Numbered from the whole stretch's first letter, positions 24,314-38,361 are shown. The stretch is 63,933 nucleotides of DNA, filler included, from Vicugna vicugna (GCA_013265495.1; 79 parts of 75 records of this genome joined end to end with filler, not necessarily neighbours in it); one strand, 5' to 3'. Notes: generated by a model from the sequence alone, not told the origin. Numbers and translations are program-made.

Positions 24314-25154
24314 ACACAGAATTTAGAAAATGGAATGCAGAACATAGAATTTAGAATACAGAATACAGAATAATATATATAGAATGTAGAATATAGAATG
24401 TAGAACACAGATTATAGAATATAGAATAGAGAATTAGAACCCATAATTTAGAACATGGAATGCAGAACAGAGAATTTAGAATATAGAATACAGAAATACA
24501 GAATATAGAAATTAGAATATAGAATGTAGAACTCAGAATATAGTATATAGAATACAGAATAGTGAATATAGATTTTGAATATATAAATTAGAACACAGAA
24601 TATAGAATAAAGAATAGGAGATATAGAAACCAGAATTTAGAACATGGAATGAAGAACACAAAATTTAGAATATTGAATACAGAATACTGAATATAGAATT
24701 TAGAGTATATAATGAAGAACACAAAATATGGAATAGAGAATAGAGAGTATAGAACACAAAATTAAGAACATGGGATGCAGAACGCAGAATTTAGAATATA
24801 GAAAACAGAGTACTGAATGTAGAATGTAGAAAACAGAATATAGAATATAGAATACGGAATACTGAGTATAAAATTTAGAATATAGAATATAGAACACAGA
24901 ATTTAGAATACAGGTTAAGGAATGCATAATGAAGAATACGGAAATAGAATGTAGAACACAGAATATAGAAAATGGAAAACAGAATACAGAACCCATAATT
25001 TAGAACATGGAATTCAGAACACAGAATTTAGTATAAATAATACAGTATACTGAATATAAAATTTATAACATTGTATGTGGAACACAGAATTTAGAATATA
25101 GAATACAATATCCAGAATATAGGATTTAGAATATAGAATGTAGAACACAGAATA
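24314..25154 (+). repeat. Satellite family E
   Basis: Heptamer array. Confidence 0.95.
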
Positions 25155-25254
25155 NNNNNNNNNNNNNNNNNNNNNNNNNNNNNNNNNNNNNNNNNNNNTT
25201 AATTAATTAANNNNNNNNNNNNNNNNNNNNNNNNNNNNNNNNNNNNNNNNNNNN

Positions 25255-25768
25255 CCACGCAGCTCTCTTCAGTCACAGGTGTTCCCTACTCGGGAAAGTC
25301 CGAGAAATACCTTCCGTGAACTTGGGGAGACAGCCTCTGTCACTGGGATTTCCTGCAACCCCACCCTTGCATTCCCTGGCACAGAGACATGAGAAAAACA
25401 CTCAGGGGAGACGAGCACAGGCATTCCCATAGAACCAACTCGCTGCCGAACTTTCGTGGAACCTCCACATGCTCAGGATTCCGGAACCATATTCATTGAC
25501 TGGTGAGCTCGAGAGACAGCTTCACGCAGCTCTCTTCAGTCACAGGTGTTCCCTGTACGGGGAAGTCCGAGAAATACCTTCCCTGACCTTGGGGAGGCAG
25601 CCTCTGTCACTGGGATATCCTGCAAACCCCCCTAGCATTCCCTGGCACAGAGACATTAGGAAAACCCTCAGGGGAGACGAGCTTAGGCTTTCTGCTAGAA
25701 CCCACGCGCTGCCGACCGTGGTGGTACCTCCCCATGCTCAGGATTCCGGAATCATTGTCAGTTTGTGG
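25255..25768 (+). repeat. Satellite family A
   Basis: About 2 monomers. Confidence 0.93.
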
Positions 25769-25868
25769 NNNNNNNNNNNNNNNNNNNNNNNNNNNNNNNN
25801 NNNNNNNNNNNNTTAATTAATTAANNNNNNNNNNNNNNNNNNNNNNNNNNNNNNNNNNNNNNNNNNNN

Positions 25869-26662
25869 CGGAATCTCATGTTGATGGAAGCTATTTAAAT
25901 TATATATCTCTAGAATAGAATTCGTACCAAGGTGTTTTTCTGAGATTAAAGTTTGATTCTTGAAACTGGTGATAGAAAGAAGCTACGAAGTCCAAGTAAA
26001 TATTTCAACGCGCATAGGTAACTTGTTTGTTGTTTGAAATATGAGTCATTCGCATGTTCACAACTGAGAAATGCATGTTTGAGGAATCCGTGATGCATGA
26101 AACATGTTCGGAATACGGAATGCCAAGGTTATTTAAACAATGTAAATTACATGTGTATTGTTGAGAATTCACTCAAAGAAATTTTTCTCGTGCCTAATGT
26201 CCTATTTTAAGACCTGCTGATAGAAAAAAACTATGATGTCAGAGTAAATATTACTAAGTGTTTATATGCCTTGTTGGTGGTTGAAAGATCACTAATCCAC
26301 ATGCTCACATGTCAGAAACGCATGTTTGCTGAATCCGTCATGCATACAGCATGTACAGAACCCGGAATGCCATTTTGACGGAATTCATGTAAATTACATA
26401 TCTGTTAGGTGGAAATCGCTCTTGAAGTATTTTTCTGTGAAAAAAGCAAGAATTAGAAACTGGTGTTAGGGAAAGCTTGTGAAAATGAGTACACGTGTCT
26501 AGATGAAAACATTCCATTTATAGAGAATGAAAGATAAATAATCTACATGCTCAATAATCTACATGCTCTCAACTCAGGGATGCATGTTTGTCGAATACAT
26601 CATGCCTGTAGCATGTCCGGAACAATGAATATCATGTTGATGTAATCTATTCAAATTACATA
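25869..26662 (+). repeat. Satellite family C, about one full trimer
   Basis: All three subunit types present in the same order as 40566-41399. Confidence 0.92.
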
Positions 26663-27551
26663 NNNNNNNNNNNNNNNNNNNNNNNNNNNNNNNNNNNNNN
26701 NNNNNNTTAATTAATTAANNNNNNNNNNNNNNNNNNNNNNNNNNNNNNNNNNNNNNNNNNNNCTGTCTGATCTCTGCTCCATCTCCAGGCTTAAATATAA
26801 AAACCTGTATAATCCAGATCTGGTGTGGAGTTTCCTCCCAATGAGTGTCTCTAATACGTGAAGTCATTTTTTGTCATACACATGATTCACTTTTATTTCA
26901 CCATGAAGTTGAGCTCATAAACCCAGCATTGCCTGACTAGGGTATCCTGGCTTCTGAAACAAAAATGATCCAATCTCACAAAGCAGGAAAAATAACAGTA
27001 ATTCTGAATACACAGAAACCTCAGTTAAATAGAGTTTGGTGACAGCACAGTGGGCTCTCATGTCCTACCAGGAGAGCAGAGTCCAGCTGTTAGAAGCAGA
27101 AAGATGCCCTGTTCCCTCCTGGCAAGGACTCAGGCAGAGAGGGGTGGTCACAGCTCAGGCAGTGAGAAGCCCTGGGTGCCTTGTTCACTACAGCCCCTCC
27201 TCCAACATCCATTCACATCTGCAAAATACTTCTCATCCCCATGTATGCTAGGCCCTGCAGGTGGCTCACTGTGATTCCAGGCCCGGAATGCAAATCATAG
27301 TTGATCCCAGATTACAACACTTCACTGTGGGGCTGCAAACAGGTGTGGGACCCACACTGGGCCCATGGCTGTGCTCTGTGTTTCTCAACTACCCTGGAGT
27401 TTGAGTCTAAATCATTCTCCTGGATCCCAGCTTCTACATCTGTGCTGTGCANNNNNNNNNNNNNNNNNNNNNNNNNNNNNNNNNNNNNNNNNNNNTTAAT
27501 TAATTAANNNNNNNNNNNNNNNNNNNNNNNNNNNNNNNNNNNNNNNNNNNN

Positions 27552-27817
27552 CCAAGCCCAGACTCTGTTTAGATTCTTCACTGAGTACCCAGAAGCTACA
27601 CTTCTTTGGGCTGTCAATTCCTAACAAATTTATAGTTTTCTAGATGTATAAAATCTGCCTGTTTTCACTACTTCTTACTTCCCATTTCTATGAGAATTGT
27701 GTGTGTAGGAATTAAAATGTCTTTTTCTTCTGCTGCTCTGTCTTGCGTTAGTTTTATTATTAGTCCAGCCACAAGAAGTCAAGAGGGATAGAGAGTGAAA
27801 TTTCCTCCTCCCCAATA
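27552..27817 (+). mobile_element. ERV1-class LTR 3' portion
   Basis: TATA-like gtataaaa, attaaa signal and terminal tctgtctt...tagtccagcc...gaaatttcctcctccccaata resembling ERV1 LTR ends. Confidence 0.55.
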
Positions 27818-27859
27818 GTATACACTCCTAATTATAGAGATTTCTATGTGGAAATGTCT

Positions 27860-28080
27860 ATATTCATATTAAGCAGAAGACAGGTTTATACTGATGCCTC
27901 CAACTTGATCCATCATCATATGGACAGTGTACACCCCCCCCGCCCCAGCTTATCTGTAACTCCCAGTCAGACAGTAGAATCCTGGTTCCCACCAGCTTCC
28001 ACCCATTCAATTCATATCTCATTCTATGCCAGAAGACTGGTTTCAGCATTCTTAGCTCCTGCCCCTGTGGGGTGGAACTT
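27860..28080 (-). mobile_element. Old L1M (L1MC/L1MD-like) 3' region remnant
   Basis: tatactgatgcctccaac...ttatctgtaactccc...cctggttcccacca resembles ancient L1 3' UTR. Confidence 0.5.
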
Positions 28081-29506
28081 ACAGATCCCACTGTTTATGT
28101 GCAGTATGTTTTCCCTGTAGTCTACACGTTCCGTTCATTCCTGCAGTTACTGAGGCCGGCCCCTTCTGCTCCACTGGCATCACTGAGTGTTTTCATACAT
28201 TCCTAATACACAGCCTTTGTTACATCCTGCATTCCATCCGGTGACACTACCACTTACTTGATCACGTAATCGGCTTTTTTCTGTAAGAAATGGAAATCTC
28301 CCTCACAAAAGGGCAACCTCTACTCAGTTTTCTGAGAGTCTTTTTTTTTTTTTTAATTACTCAGGTTGTAGTAGTCATTAGGCTACAGACTTATTTGGGG
28401 GGTGGCACATTCTGCTCCCCGTGGCATGAATGTGCANNNNNNNNNNNNNNNNNNNNNNNNNNNNNNNNNNNNNNNNNNNNTTAATTAATTAANNNNNNNN
28501 NNNNNNNNNNNNNNNNNNNNNNNNNNNNNNNNNNNNTTTTAAAGCAAAGCTCAGTTCTAAAATAACTGTGCTGAACTCTTACTTGTGCTGTGCTAACTTT
28601 CTATACAGCTCTCATAAATTACCACTGACTGTTCTGAGAATCACGTATGGTGCAAGAAAGTATTTTACAAAGAGGTCATTCTAAAAAGATCACTTGGCCA
28701 TTATTGTAAATAAGAAGCAAAAGGAGAAAAGCTCCAACCAACCAACCAAGAAACAAGAAAAATCTCTAGTCACTAGTATTCTCTTCATCTTTTGAAGAGG
28801 TACCGCTATAGTATTGTAATATATACTATATAGTCTACTATATGTACTGTAGCATATACCATATATTCTATATTTCATATAGTGTACCCCTATAGTACTA
28901 TATTCTTTACCATATCATAGCTGTCTTATTTGTATTTACTTTTTGTTGTATGCCATATTTTCCTAACAAAATTATAAGCTCTGAAAGCAAGGCTCCTTTG
29001 TTATATTTTCCCTCCATGTTCAGCTCAGTGCCCAACAACTACTAAATAAATGCTGATATTCATCTATGGAGAACTCTTTAATTTTACTCAGTCAAGGAAT
29101 TTTTCCCAGAAACCACCACTAGTGGTGGGCTAAGATGACCTTACATACCACTATACAGAAAAAAAAAAATCCAAACAGGAACTGCTTCCCTTCTTCCTAC
29201 CTCCAACTCTGTGAACTCACTTACATGCACATTCATTATTTTTTGTTTCCTCCTGACATTATGATCTAGTCCACAAGACATATTTGGCACATATGAAGCA
29301 AACAAAAAAAGTTTTTAAATAAATGAAACAATGAATAAAGTGAATGATCCATGGTAGCTGCCAAACTGCCTCCAATCCAAGAACCAAGAAATCAGGAAGG
29401 ACTAGTNNNNNNNNNNNNNNNNNNNNNNNNNNNNNNNNNNNNNNNNNNNNTTAATTAATTAANNNNNNNNNNNNNNNNNNNNNNNNNNNNNNNNNNNNNN
29501 NNNNNN

Positions 29507-30161
29507 AGTACACCACAGAATTCAGAATATACAATACAGAATACTGAATATGTATTTAGATTACAGAATATAGAACACAGAATATAGAATATAGAAACGG
29601 AATTCATAATATAGAATGTAGAATATAGAATGAAGAACACAAGATATAGAGTATAGATTAGAGAATATAGAAGCCAGAATTTAGAATATGGAATGTAGAA
29701 CACAGAATTTAGAATATAGAATACAGAATACTGAATATAGAATTTAGAATATNNNNNNNNNNNNNNNNNNNNNNNNNNNNNNNNNNNNNNNNNNNNNNNN
29801 NNNNNNNNNNNNNNNNNNNNNNNNNNNNNNNNNNNNNNNNNNNNNNNNNNNNNNNNNNAACAGAATACCAGGAATTTAGAAAATAGAATGCAGAACACAG
29901 AATTTGGAATATAGAATGTAGAATACAGTATATAAAATTTAGAATATGGAATGCAGTACACAGAATTTAGAATATAGAATAGAGAATACTGGAGATAGTA
30001 TATAATATATAGAATGTAGAACCCATAATATAAAATATAGAAAACGGAATACAGAATATAGAATGTAGAATATATAATGAAGGACACACAATATAGAATA
30101 TTGAGTAGAAAATATGGAACCCTGAATTTAGAACATGGAATGCAGAACACAGAATTCACAA
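29507..30161 (+). repeat. Satellite family E
   Basis: Heptamer array. Confidence 0.93.
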
Positions 30162-30261
30162 NNNNNNNNNNNNNNNNNNNNNNNNNNNNNNNNNNNNNNN
30201 NNNNNTTAATTAATTAANNNNNNNNNNNNNNNNNNNNNNNNNNNNNNNNNNNNNNNNNNNN

Positions 30262-31112
30262 CTGAGTGTTACCCTAGGCCCGGCTGCAAGGGAGAGTTAC
30301 AGGTTGTGCTTGGAGGGCAAGTAGCAGGGAGTGCCCCCTGATGGACTGAAGTAGTACTAAGAGGAGTTCCCCCTACTAGGAACACCTGCACCCCCATTCA
30401 TCTGTGTGGAGTGGGGCTCCAAAACACCCCCAACAAAATTCTGCATTCACAATTCCTGAGTTTGTGGAAGATCCGCCAACTGACAGCAGCTACTGGCCTC
30501 AAATTGAATCCATTAGCTTGGTTTCCCTGATGCTTTGCCTACAACGGAGTGCGGGGTAATTTGTGGTTTGGGCTCTTAAGCAAANNNNNNNNNNNNNNNN
30601 NNNNNNNNNNNNNNNNNNNNNNNNNNNNNNNNNNNNNNNNNNNNNNNNNNNNNNNNNNNNNNNNNNNNNNNNNNNNNNNNNNNNNNNNNNNNNNNNNNNN
30701 NNNNNNNNNNNNNNNNNNNNNNNNNNNNNNNNNNNNNNNNNNNNNNNNNNNNNNNNNNNNNNNNNNNNNNNNNNNNNNNNNNNNNNNNNNNNNNNNNNNN
30801 NNNNNNNNGGATAGTGGGGGTGGCCTCTAAAACCCAATATTATCGAGTGCCTCTCTATGGGATTTGGAAGTGTTTACCATACAACCCCCAACCGGGTAAT
30901 ACCTGTGTCCCCTGAAAGATGCGTGGAATCTGTTTCCCCAGCTGCAGCACAGCCAAGAAGAAGTGTTAAGTTATCCAGAGTGTGGGGAAGCTCCTCCCAC
31001 TGACAGCAGCGCCTGGGTTCTTATTAAATGCTTTAACTTTTATTGACTTACTCTTTCCCTAGGCCTGGTGGCAAGGGAAAGATAGGGGTTGTGCTTTGAG
31101 GACAAGTAGCAG
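30262..31112 (-). repeat. Satellite family B (gapped, diverged)
   Basis: ccattcatctg..tggagtggggct and actgacagcagc motifs. Confidence 0.85.
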
Positions 31113-31212
31113 NNNNNNNNNNNNNNNNNNNNNNNNNNNNNNNNNNNNNNNNNNNNTTAATTAATTAANNNNNNNNNNNNNNNNNNNNNNNNNNNNNNNN
31201 NNNNNNNNNNNN

Positions 31213-31969
31213 CTGGGCAGGACGGCTATTGGAGGAGCACCGTGAAGTCAGCTCTTTTCAGGTGGAGTTCGAGGTGCTCTTGAGACATCTAAGTGCAGTG
31301 TCACGAGCTCACAGAGGAGGTCTTATCCCGGGCTGTGCATTTTCCTATAATCTCAATCCCTGAGGACGCTGAGGTATTGATCACTGAGCATGAAGTCATA
31401 CTTGACAGGACAAGTGAATAGTAGTATCATCTCTGTCATCAAAGCTCACGTCTCTTTATTCATCACTCACTTTGCTAATTGGGTACTTACAGAGCTCACT
31501 TCATCGCCCTTCCCTGGGCTCAGGAGCTCCACAGAAAATAGCTGGTGAGTCTCCCTCTTTTCCAGAAGAAGAGACATTTAGCTGGTAGACTTCTATACCT
31601 TGCCAGACTTAGAATTTTAGTTTGTTGGTTTAATTCTATTTTCTGTTGGCCATCTCCTGACAGGAGAGACGTTTTACCTCATGGTCAGGTTTCAATTAGC
31701 TGTTACTGAGAATTGCTTATCTGATCCATAGTGTATGTAATCTATTAACTTTGTAGAGTACTTATCATTTTTCTGTCTTTGCCCTTTAATTTTGTTTGCC
31801 CCTTCAATTTTCTATCCTATTTGGGGCCTAATTTTATTTTTTAATTAAAAAATATCTGTTAGCAGTTAAGAAAACAAAAGGAAAGAAAAGATGCATATGA
31901 TAGCTAAATTTAGAAAATATCTTTTATGTTTTCTGTCTCGGCGATGGAGGGTTCAAAAACTCGTGAAAA
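31213..31969 (-). repeat. Multicopy duplicated segment, copy 2
   Basis: Reverse complement aligns to both 3076-3460 and 45305-45855. Confidence 0.88.
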
Positions 31970-32069
31970 NNNNNNNNNNNNNNNNNNNNNNNNNNNNNNN
32001 NNNNNNNNNNNNNTTAATTAATTAANNNNNNNNNNNNNNNNNNNNNNNNNNNNNNNNNNNNNNNNNNNN

Positions 32070-32529
32070 TGGAAAGCCTAGGCGGGAGTGCGGGGGACAG
32101 TGTGGTTTGGGCTAAGAAACCAAGTAATTGCGATGACCTCTCTATGGTTTTTGGAGGTGTTTAAACTACATCCCTAACCTGGGAACACCTGTGCCCCCAT
32201 AAAGATCCGTGGAGTCTGTTTCCACACCTCCAGCACACACACGAACACTTGCACAGTTATCNNNNNNNNNNNNNNNNNNNNNNNNNNNNNNNNNNNNNNN
32301 NNNNNNNNNNNNNNNNNNNNNNNNNNNNNNNNNNNNNNNNNNNTTTGGTTGCCTGATACGGAGTGCTGGAGAAAGGGTGGGTTGGGCTCTAAATCCAAGT
32401 ATTAGCGAGTGCTTCTCCATGGGATTTGGAGGTTATTAACCAAAAACCCACAACATGGAAATATCTGTGCTCCGTGAAAAAAGTGTGGACTCTGTATCCA
32501 CACCACCAGAACACACATGAAGAAGTTTT
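32070..32529 (-). repeat. Satellite family B
   Basis: Aligns to ~54757-55200. Confidence 0.9.
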
Positions 32530-32629
32530 NNNNNNNNNNNNNNNNNNNNNNNNNNNNNNNNNNNNNNNNNNNNTTAATTAATTAANNNNNNNNNNNNNNN
32601 NNNNNNNNNNNNNNNNNNNNNNNNNNNNN

Positions 32630-33117
32630 AACAGGGAATATAATGTAGATGAAATCTATTCAAATTGCATATCTCTAGGTTAAAATACGCTCCAAGAGGG
32701 TTTTTCTGGATCAAAGTGTGATTCTTGGAACTGGTGATAGGAAGAAGCTACGAAGTCAAAGTAAATATTTCAGAGTGCATAGGTAACTTGTTTGGTGGAT
32801 GAAACATCAGTCATGCGCATGTTCACAACTCAGAAATGCATGTTTGANNNNNNNNNNNNNNNNNNNNNNNNNNNNNNNNNNNNNNNNNNNNNNNNNNNNN
32901 NNNNNNNNNNNNNNNNNNNNNNNNNNNNNNNNTACATATGTAGGTTAGATTTTGCTCAATGAGGGTTTTCTGGTGCCAAATGTCCGATTTTAGAAACTGG
33001 TGATAGGAAAATCCTATGAAGACAGAGTAAAAATTTCTAAGTCTATATTCGCCTTGTTCGGAGGATGAAAGTTCAGTATTCCACATGTTCACAAGTCAGA
33101 AATTCATGATTGCCAAA
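32630..33117 (+). repeat. Satellite family C
   Basis: Subunit motifs as in 40980-41399. Confidence 0.9.
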
Positions 33118-33619
33118 NNNNNNNNNNNNNNNNNNNNNNNNNNNNNNNNNNNNNNNNNNNNTTAATTAATTAANNNNNNNNNNNNNNNNNNNNNNNNNNN
33201 NNNNNNNNNNNNNNNNNTGATTTAATAATTGAGATCAGAAACAAAGTCTACTCAATAAATGGCAGCCAACACATTTCGTCATAGTTGCTCATCAGGTTTG
33301 GCCCCACGTTACACACTTTTACATGGAAATGTGCCATGTGCTGTCATGGGAAATGGTGAATGGGGATAGGGCCTCTGCTCTCACAGGGCACACAACCTGG
33401 TGGGAGAGGCAGTGTTCAATCATTGCCCTTTAGCCCTTTTTGTTAAATGTACTTACAAATTATGGGAAATGCTATTTAAAAAGAACAAAATGAGTCAATG
33501 AAAGTGAAAAATACAAAGACAATATTTAGGCTGAGGGAAGACAAGGAAACTCTTTGAAGAGCTGACACTCCACTGAGACCCAAAGGACAACTCTGGTGCT
33601 GCAGGTGAAGGGCAGGGAC

Positions 33620-34199
33620 ACACTGATAAAGGGCTGATATCCAGAATATACCAAAATTTCTTTAAACTCAACAAGAACGATAAATAATTTGATTAATAAC
33701 TGAGCAAAATGCCTGAACACACACCTCATCAAAGAAGAAATCTAGATGCCAAAGAAGTCTATGGAAAGATGCTCCACAGCATGTGTCATAAAGGGGATGC
33801 CAACTGAAACAGCGTGGTACCACTGCACACCTGTCAGAACTGCCAAAACGCAGAACACTGACAGCACCAAATGCTGGTAAGGATGTGGAGCGTCAGGAAT
33901 TCTCATGCATTGTTGATGGGAATGTAAAATGGCCCAGATACTTTGGAAGACAGTCTGGTAATTTTTTACAAAACTAAACGTACTCCTAACATATGATCCG
34001 GCAACTGTGTTCCTCGGTGTTTACTCGATGAAATTGAAACTTATTTCCACACACAAATCTGCATATAGATGTTAATAGCAGCTTTATTCATAATCACCAG
34101 AACTCAGAAGCAACTAAGCTCTTCTTCAGTAGGTGAATGGATAAACTGTGGTGTAGACAGAAAATGGACTATTATTTGGTGCTAAAATGAAATGAGTTA
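33620..34199 (+). mobile_element. Old LINE-1 (L1M) ORF2 3' end and 3' UTR
   Basis: ctgataaagggctgatatccagaatata, aaatgctggtaaggatgtggag, gcagctttattcataat, ggtgaatggataaactgtgg. Confidence 0.85.
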
Positions 34200-34299
34200 N
34201 NNNNNNNNNNNNNNNNNNNNNNNNNNNNNNNNNNNNNNNNNNNTTAATTAATTAANNNNNNNNNNNNNNNNNNNNNNNNNNNNNNNNNNNNNNNNNNNN

Positions 34300-35228
34300 A
34301 GACAACTCCACGCAGCTCTGTTCAGTCACAGATGTTCCCTGTTCTGGGAAGTCCGGCTAATATTTGCCTTGACCTTGGGGAGGCAGCCTCGGTCACTGGG
34401 ATATCCTGCAATCACCCCTAGCATTCCCTGGCACAGAGACATTAGGAAAACCCTCAGGGGAGACGAGCTTAGGCATTCCGTTAGAACNNNNNNNNNNNNN
34501 NNNNNNNNNNNNNNNNNNNNNNNNNNNNNNNNNNNNNNNNNNNNNNNNNNNNNNNNNNNNNNNNNNNNNNNNNNNNNNNNNNNNNNNNNNNNNNNNNNNN
34601 NNNNNNNNNNNNNNNNNNNNNNNNNNNNNNNNNNNNNNNNNNNNNNNNNNNNNNNNNNNNNNNNNNNNNNNNNNNNNNNNNNNNNNNNNNNNNNNNNNNN
34701 NNNNNNNNNNNNNNNNNNNNNNNNNNNNNNNNNNNNNNNNNNNNNNNNNNNNNNNNNNNNNNNNNNNNNNNNNNNNNNNNNNNNNNNNNNNNNNNNNNNN
34801 NNNNNNNNNNNNNNNNNNNNNNNNNNNNNNNNNNNNNNNNNNNNNNNNNNNNNNNNNNNNNNNNNNNNNNNNNNNNNNNNNNNNNNNNNNNNNNNNNNNN
34901 NNNNNNNNNNNNNNNNNNNNNNNNNNNNNNNNNNNNNNNNNNNNNNNNNNNNNNNNNNNNNNNNNNNNNNNNNNNNNNNNNNNNNNNNNNNNNNNNNNNN
35001 NNNNNNNNNNNNNNNNNNNNNNNNNNNNNNNNGCTTAGGATTCCGGAACAATTGTCAGTGCGTGGGGGAGCTCGAGAGACAACTCCACGCAGCTCTCTTC
35101 AGTCACAGGTGTTCCCTGTCCGGGGAACTCCGGGAAGTACTTTCCCTGATCTTGGGGATTCAGCCTCTGTCACAGGGATATCCTGTAATCACCCCTAGCA
35201 TTCCCTAGCACAGAGATATTAGGAAAAC
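34300..35228 (+). repeat. Satellite family A (gapped)
   Basis: Family A monomer text on both sides of the gap. Confidence 0.92.
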
Positions 35229-35328
35229 NNNNNNNNNNNNNNNNNNNNNNNNNNNNNNNNNNNNNNNNNNNNTTAATTAATTAANNNNNNNNNNNNNNNN
35301 NNNNNNNNNNNNNNNNNNNNNNNNNNNN

Positions 35329-36085
35329 TTGGTGGATGAAAGGACAGTAATCCTCATGCTCACAAGTCAGAAAAATACATGATAGCCGACTTCGTCATGC
35401 ATGTAACATGTACGGAACCCGGAATGCCATGTTGATGGAATTCATGTAAATTACATACCTATTAGGTGGAAATCGCTCTCGAAATATTTTTTTGTGAAAA
35501 ATGCACGAATTCGTACCTGGTTTTAGGGAAAGCTTGTGAAAATGTGTACACNNNNNNNNNNNNNNNNNNNNNNNNNNNNNNNNNNNNNNNNNNNNNNNNN
35601 NNNNNNNNNNNNNNNNNNNNNNNNNNNNNNNNNNNNNNNNNNNNNNNNNNNNNNNNNNNNNNNNNNNNNNNNNNNNNNNNNNNNNNNNNNNNNNNNNNNN
35701 NNNNNNNNNNNNNNNNNNNNNNNNNNNNNNNNNNNNNNNNNNNNNNNNNNNNNNNNNNNNNNNNNNNNNNNNNNNNNNNNNNNNNNNNNNNNNNNNNNNN
35801 NNNNNNNNNNNNNNNNNNNNNNNNNNNNNNNNNNNNNNNNNNNNNNNNNNNNNNNNNNNNNNNNNNNNNNNNNNNNNNNNNNNNNNNNNNNNNNNNNNNN
35901 NNNNNNNNNNNNNNNNNNNNNNNNNNNNNNNNNNNNNNNNNNNNNNNNNNNNNNNNNNNNNNNNNNNNNNNNGCTCAAAGAGTCTGGTGCCAGATGTCCG
36001 ATTTTAGAACCTAGTGATAGAAAAATCTATGAAGCCAGAATAAATAATTCTAAGTGTATATACGCATTGTTCGATGGATGAAAGG
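35329..36085 (+). repeat. Satellite family C (gapped)
   Basis: Family C motifs on both sides of the gap. Confidence 0.9.
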
Positions 36086-36185
36086 NNNNNNNNNNNNNNN
36101 NNNNNNNNNNNNNNNNNNNNNNNNNNNNNTTAATTAATTAANNNNNNNNNNNNNNNNNNNNNNNNNNNNNNNNNNNNNNNNNNNN

Positions 36186-36651
36186 TTCTAGAGATACAAA
36201 TATAATGACTAAAATAAAAACTTCAATAAGAAGTTTCTCTGTAGTATGAACTTGTTGAAGAAAATGTCAGTTAACTTAAAACTAATGAGATTATACAGTC
36301 TGTGGAACAGAAAGAAAAATGAATGAAAAAAATGAACACTGTGTCAGAGATAGGTGGGACACCATCAACAATACCAATACACACATACTGGGAGNNNNNN
36401 NNNNNNNNNNNNNNNNNNNNNNNNNNNNNNNNNNNNNNNNNNNNNNNNNNNNNNNNNNNNNNNNNNNNNNNNNNNNNNNNNNNNNNNNNNNNNNNNNNNN
36501 NNNNNNNNNNNNNNNNNNNNNNNNNNNNNNNNNNNNNNNNNNNNNNNNNNNNATCAGACACATAAAAAGACAAGAACAAAGAATCCTGACAGCAGAAAGA
36601 GAAAAATGGCTCAACATATACAAAGGCTCCTCAGTAAGACAGTTGATTTCT
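36186..36651 (+). mobile_element. Decayed LINE-1 ORF1 fragments
   Basis: Translations RDRWDTINNTNTHILG and ILTAEREKWLNIYKGSSVR resemble L1 ORF1p motifs RDLWDxIKxxNI and ILKAAREKxxITYKGxxIR. Confidence 0.75.
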
Positions 36652-36751
36652 NNNNNNNNNNNNNNNNNNNNNNNNNNNNNNNNNNNNNNNNNNNNTTAAT
36701 TAATTAANNNNNNNNNNNNNNNNNNNNNNNNNNNNNNNNNNNNNNNNNNNN

Positions 36752-37254
36752 TCAAGGTCGGGTGCGGGAGGGGATTCATGGTGGGATTGTGAAGAATAAG
36801 GTGCGGGTGTGCGCAGAGGGTGCTCAGCCCCAGGGGCTGGTGACGCCTGAACTGGCTGTCCGTGGCCCAGCGTTCCAGCTGCAGGTGCAGCATCTTCAGG
36901 GCTTTTGGAAGCAGCAGTAGCTGCGGGACCTTCAGGACCAGCAGGAGCAGCAGGATCTTCAGGAGCAGCATTAGCTGCTGGAGCTGCAGAAGCTGCAGGA
37001 GCAGCAGGAGGGAGCTCGGGGTCTCCTGCTGGATCCTGATGGTCCTGGTTTTGGTCTGTGGCATCTTCCCCTGCCCGCGCCTGCTCTGGATCTGTGACTG
37101 TTGGAAGTGGAGAGAGCTTTACGCCTGCTCTGGATCTGGGACTGTTGGAAGTGGAGAGAGCTTTCAGTCTCGTGGAGGCGCTCGCTCGTGCTGTGAGAGA
37201 GGAAAACTTCAGCCTTGTGCCTCCCTTTCCGTGGGCCTCTTCAAGGCCAGACAT
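36752..37254 (-). CDS. Ala/Pro-rich open frame, possible exon or pseudo-exon of an unidentified gene; open at the scaffold edge
   Basis: About 167 stop-free codons of real sequence, short 3n repeats (gctgctcct), acceptor-like ttttcctctctcacag; a 44-bp tandem duplication at 37078-37164 argues for decay. Confidence 0.3.
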
Positions 37255-37361
37255 CTTCCCANNNNNNNNNNNNNNNNNNNNNNNNNNNNNNNNNNNNNNN
37301 NNNNNTTAATTAATTAANNNNNNNNNNNNNNNNNNNNNNNNNNNNNNNNNNNNNNNNNNNN

Positions 37362-38261
37362 ACAGAATATAGAATATTGACTACGGAATGCAGAATATAG
37401 AATATACAATACAGAATTACGAACACAAAATATAGAATATAGAATAGACAATATAGAACCCAGAATTTAGAACATGGAATGTAGAACACAGAATTTACAA
37501 TATAAAATACAGAATACTGAATATCAAATTTAGAATATAGAATATAGAACACAGAATAGAATANNNNNNNNNNNNNNNNNNCAGAATATTGATTACAGAA
37601 TATAGAATGTAGAACACAGAATTTAGAATATGGAACACAGAATAGAGAACCCAGAAATTAGACATGGAATGCAGAACACAGAATTTGGAATATAAAATAC
37701 AGAATACTGAATATAGAATTTAGAATATAGAATAGATAATAGAGAATATAGAATCCAGAATTTAGAACATGGAATGCCGAACACATAATTTAGAATGTAG
37801 AATACAGAATACTGAATATAGAATTTAGAACATAGAATGCGGAACAAAGAATTTAGAATATAGAATACAGAGTAGTTAATATAGAATCTAGTATATCGAA
37901 TGCGGAACATAGAAATTAGAATAAAGAATACAGAATACTGAATAAATAATTTAGAATATAAAATGAAGAACACAGAATTTAGAATATAGAGTAAAGAATA
38001 CAGAATATTGAATTAAGAATATAGAATGTAGAACACAGTATATAGAATATATAATAGAGAATATAGAACCCAGAATTTAGAACTTGGAATATAGAACACA
38101 GAATTTAGAATATAGAATACAGAATACTGAATATAGAATTTAGAATAAAGAACGCAGAACACAGAATATGGAATAAAGAATACGGAAAGCAGAATATAGA
38201 ATACAGAATATAAAACTTGAATACAGAATATAGAATATGGAAAACAGAATACAGAACCCAG
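37362..38261 (+). repeat. Satellite family E
   Basis: Heptamer array. Confidence 0.95.
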
Positions 38262-38361
38262 NNNNNNNNNNNNNNNNNNNNNNNNNNNNNNNNNNNNNNN
38301 NNNNNTTAATTAATTAANNNNNNNNNNNNNNNNNNNNNNNNNNNNNNNNNNNNNNNNNNNN

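Noticed and set aside
28800..28915. TA-rich stretch with short inverted repeats
   Set aside because: Low-complexity degenerate TA sequence; palindromes are expected from composition.
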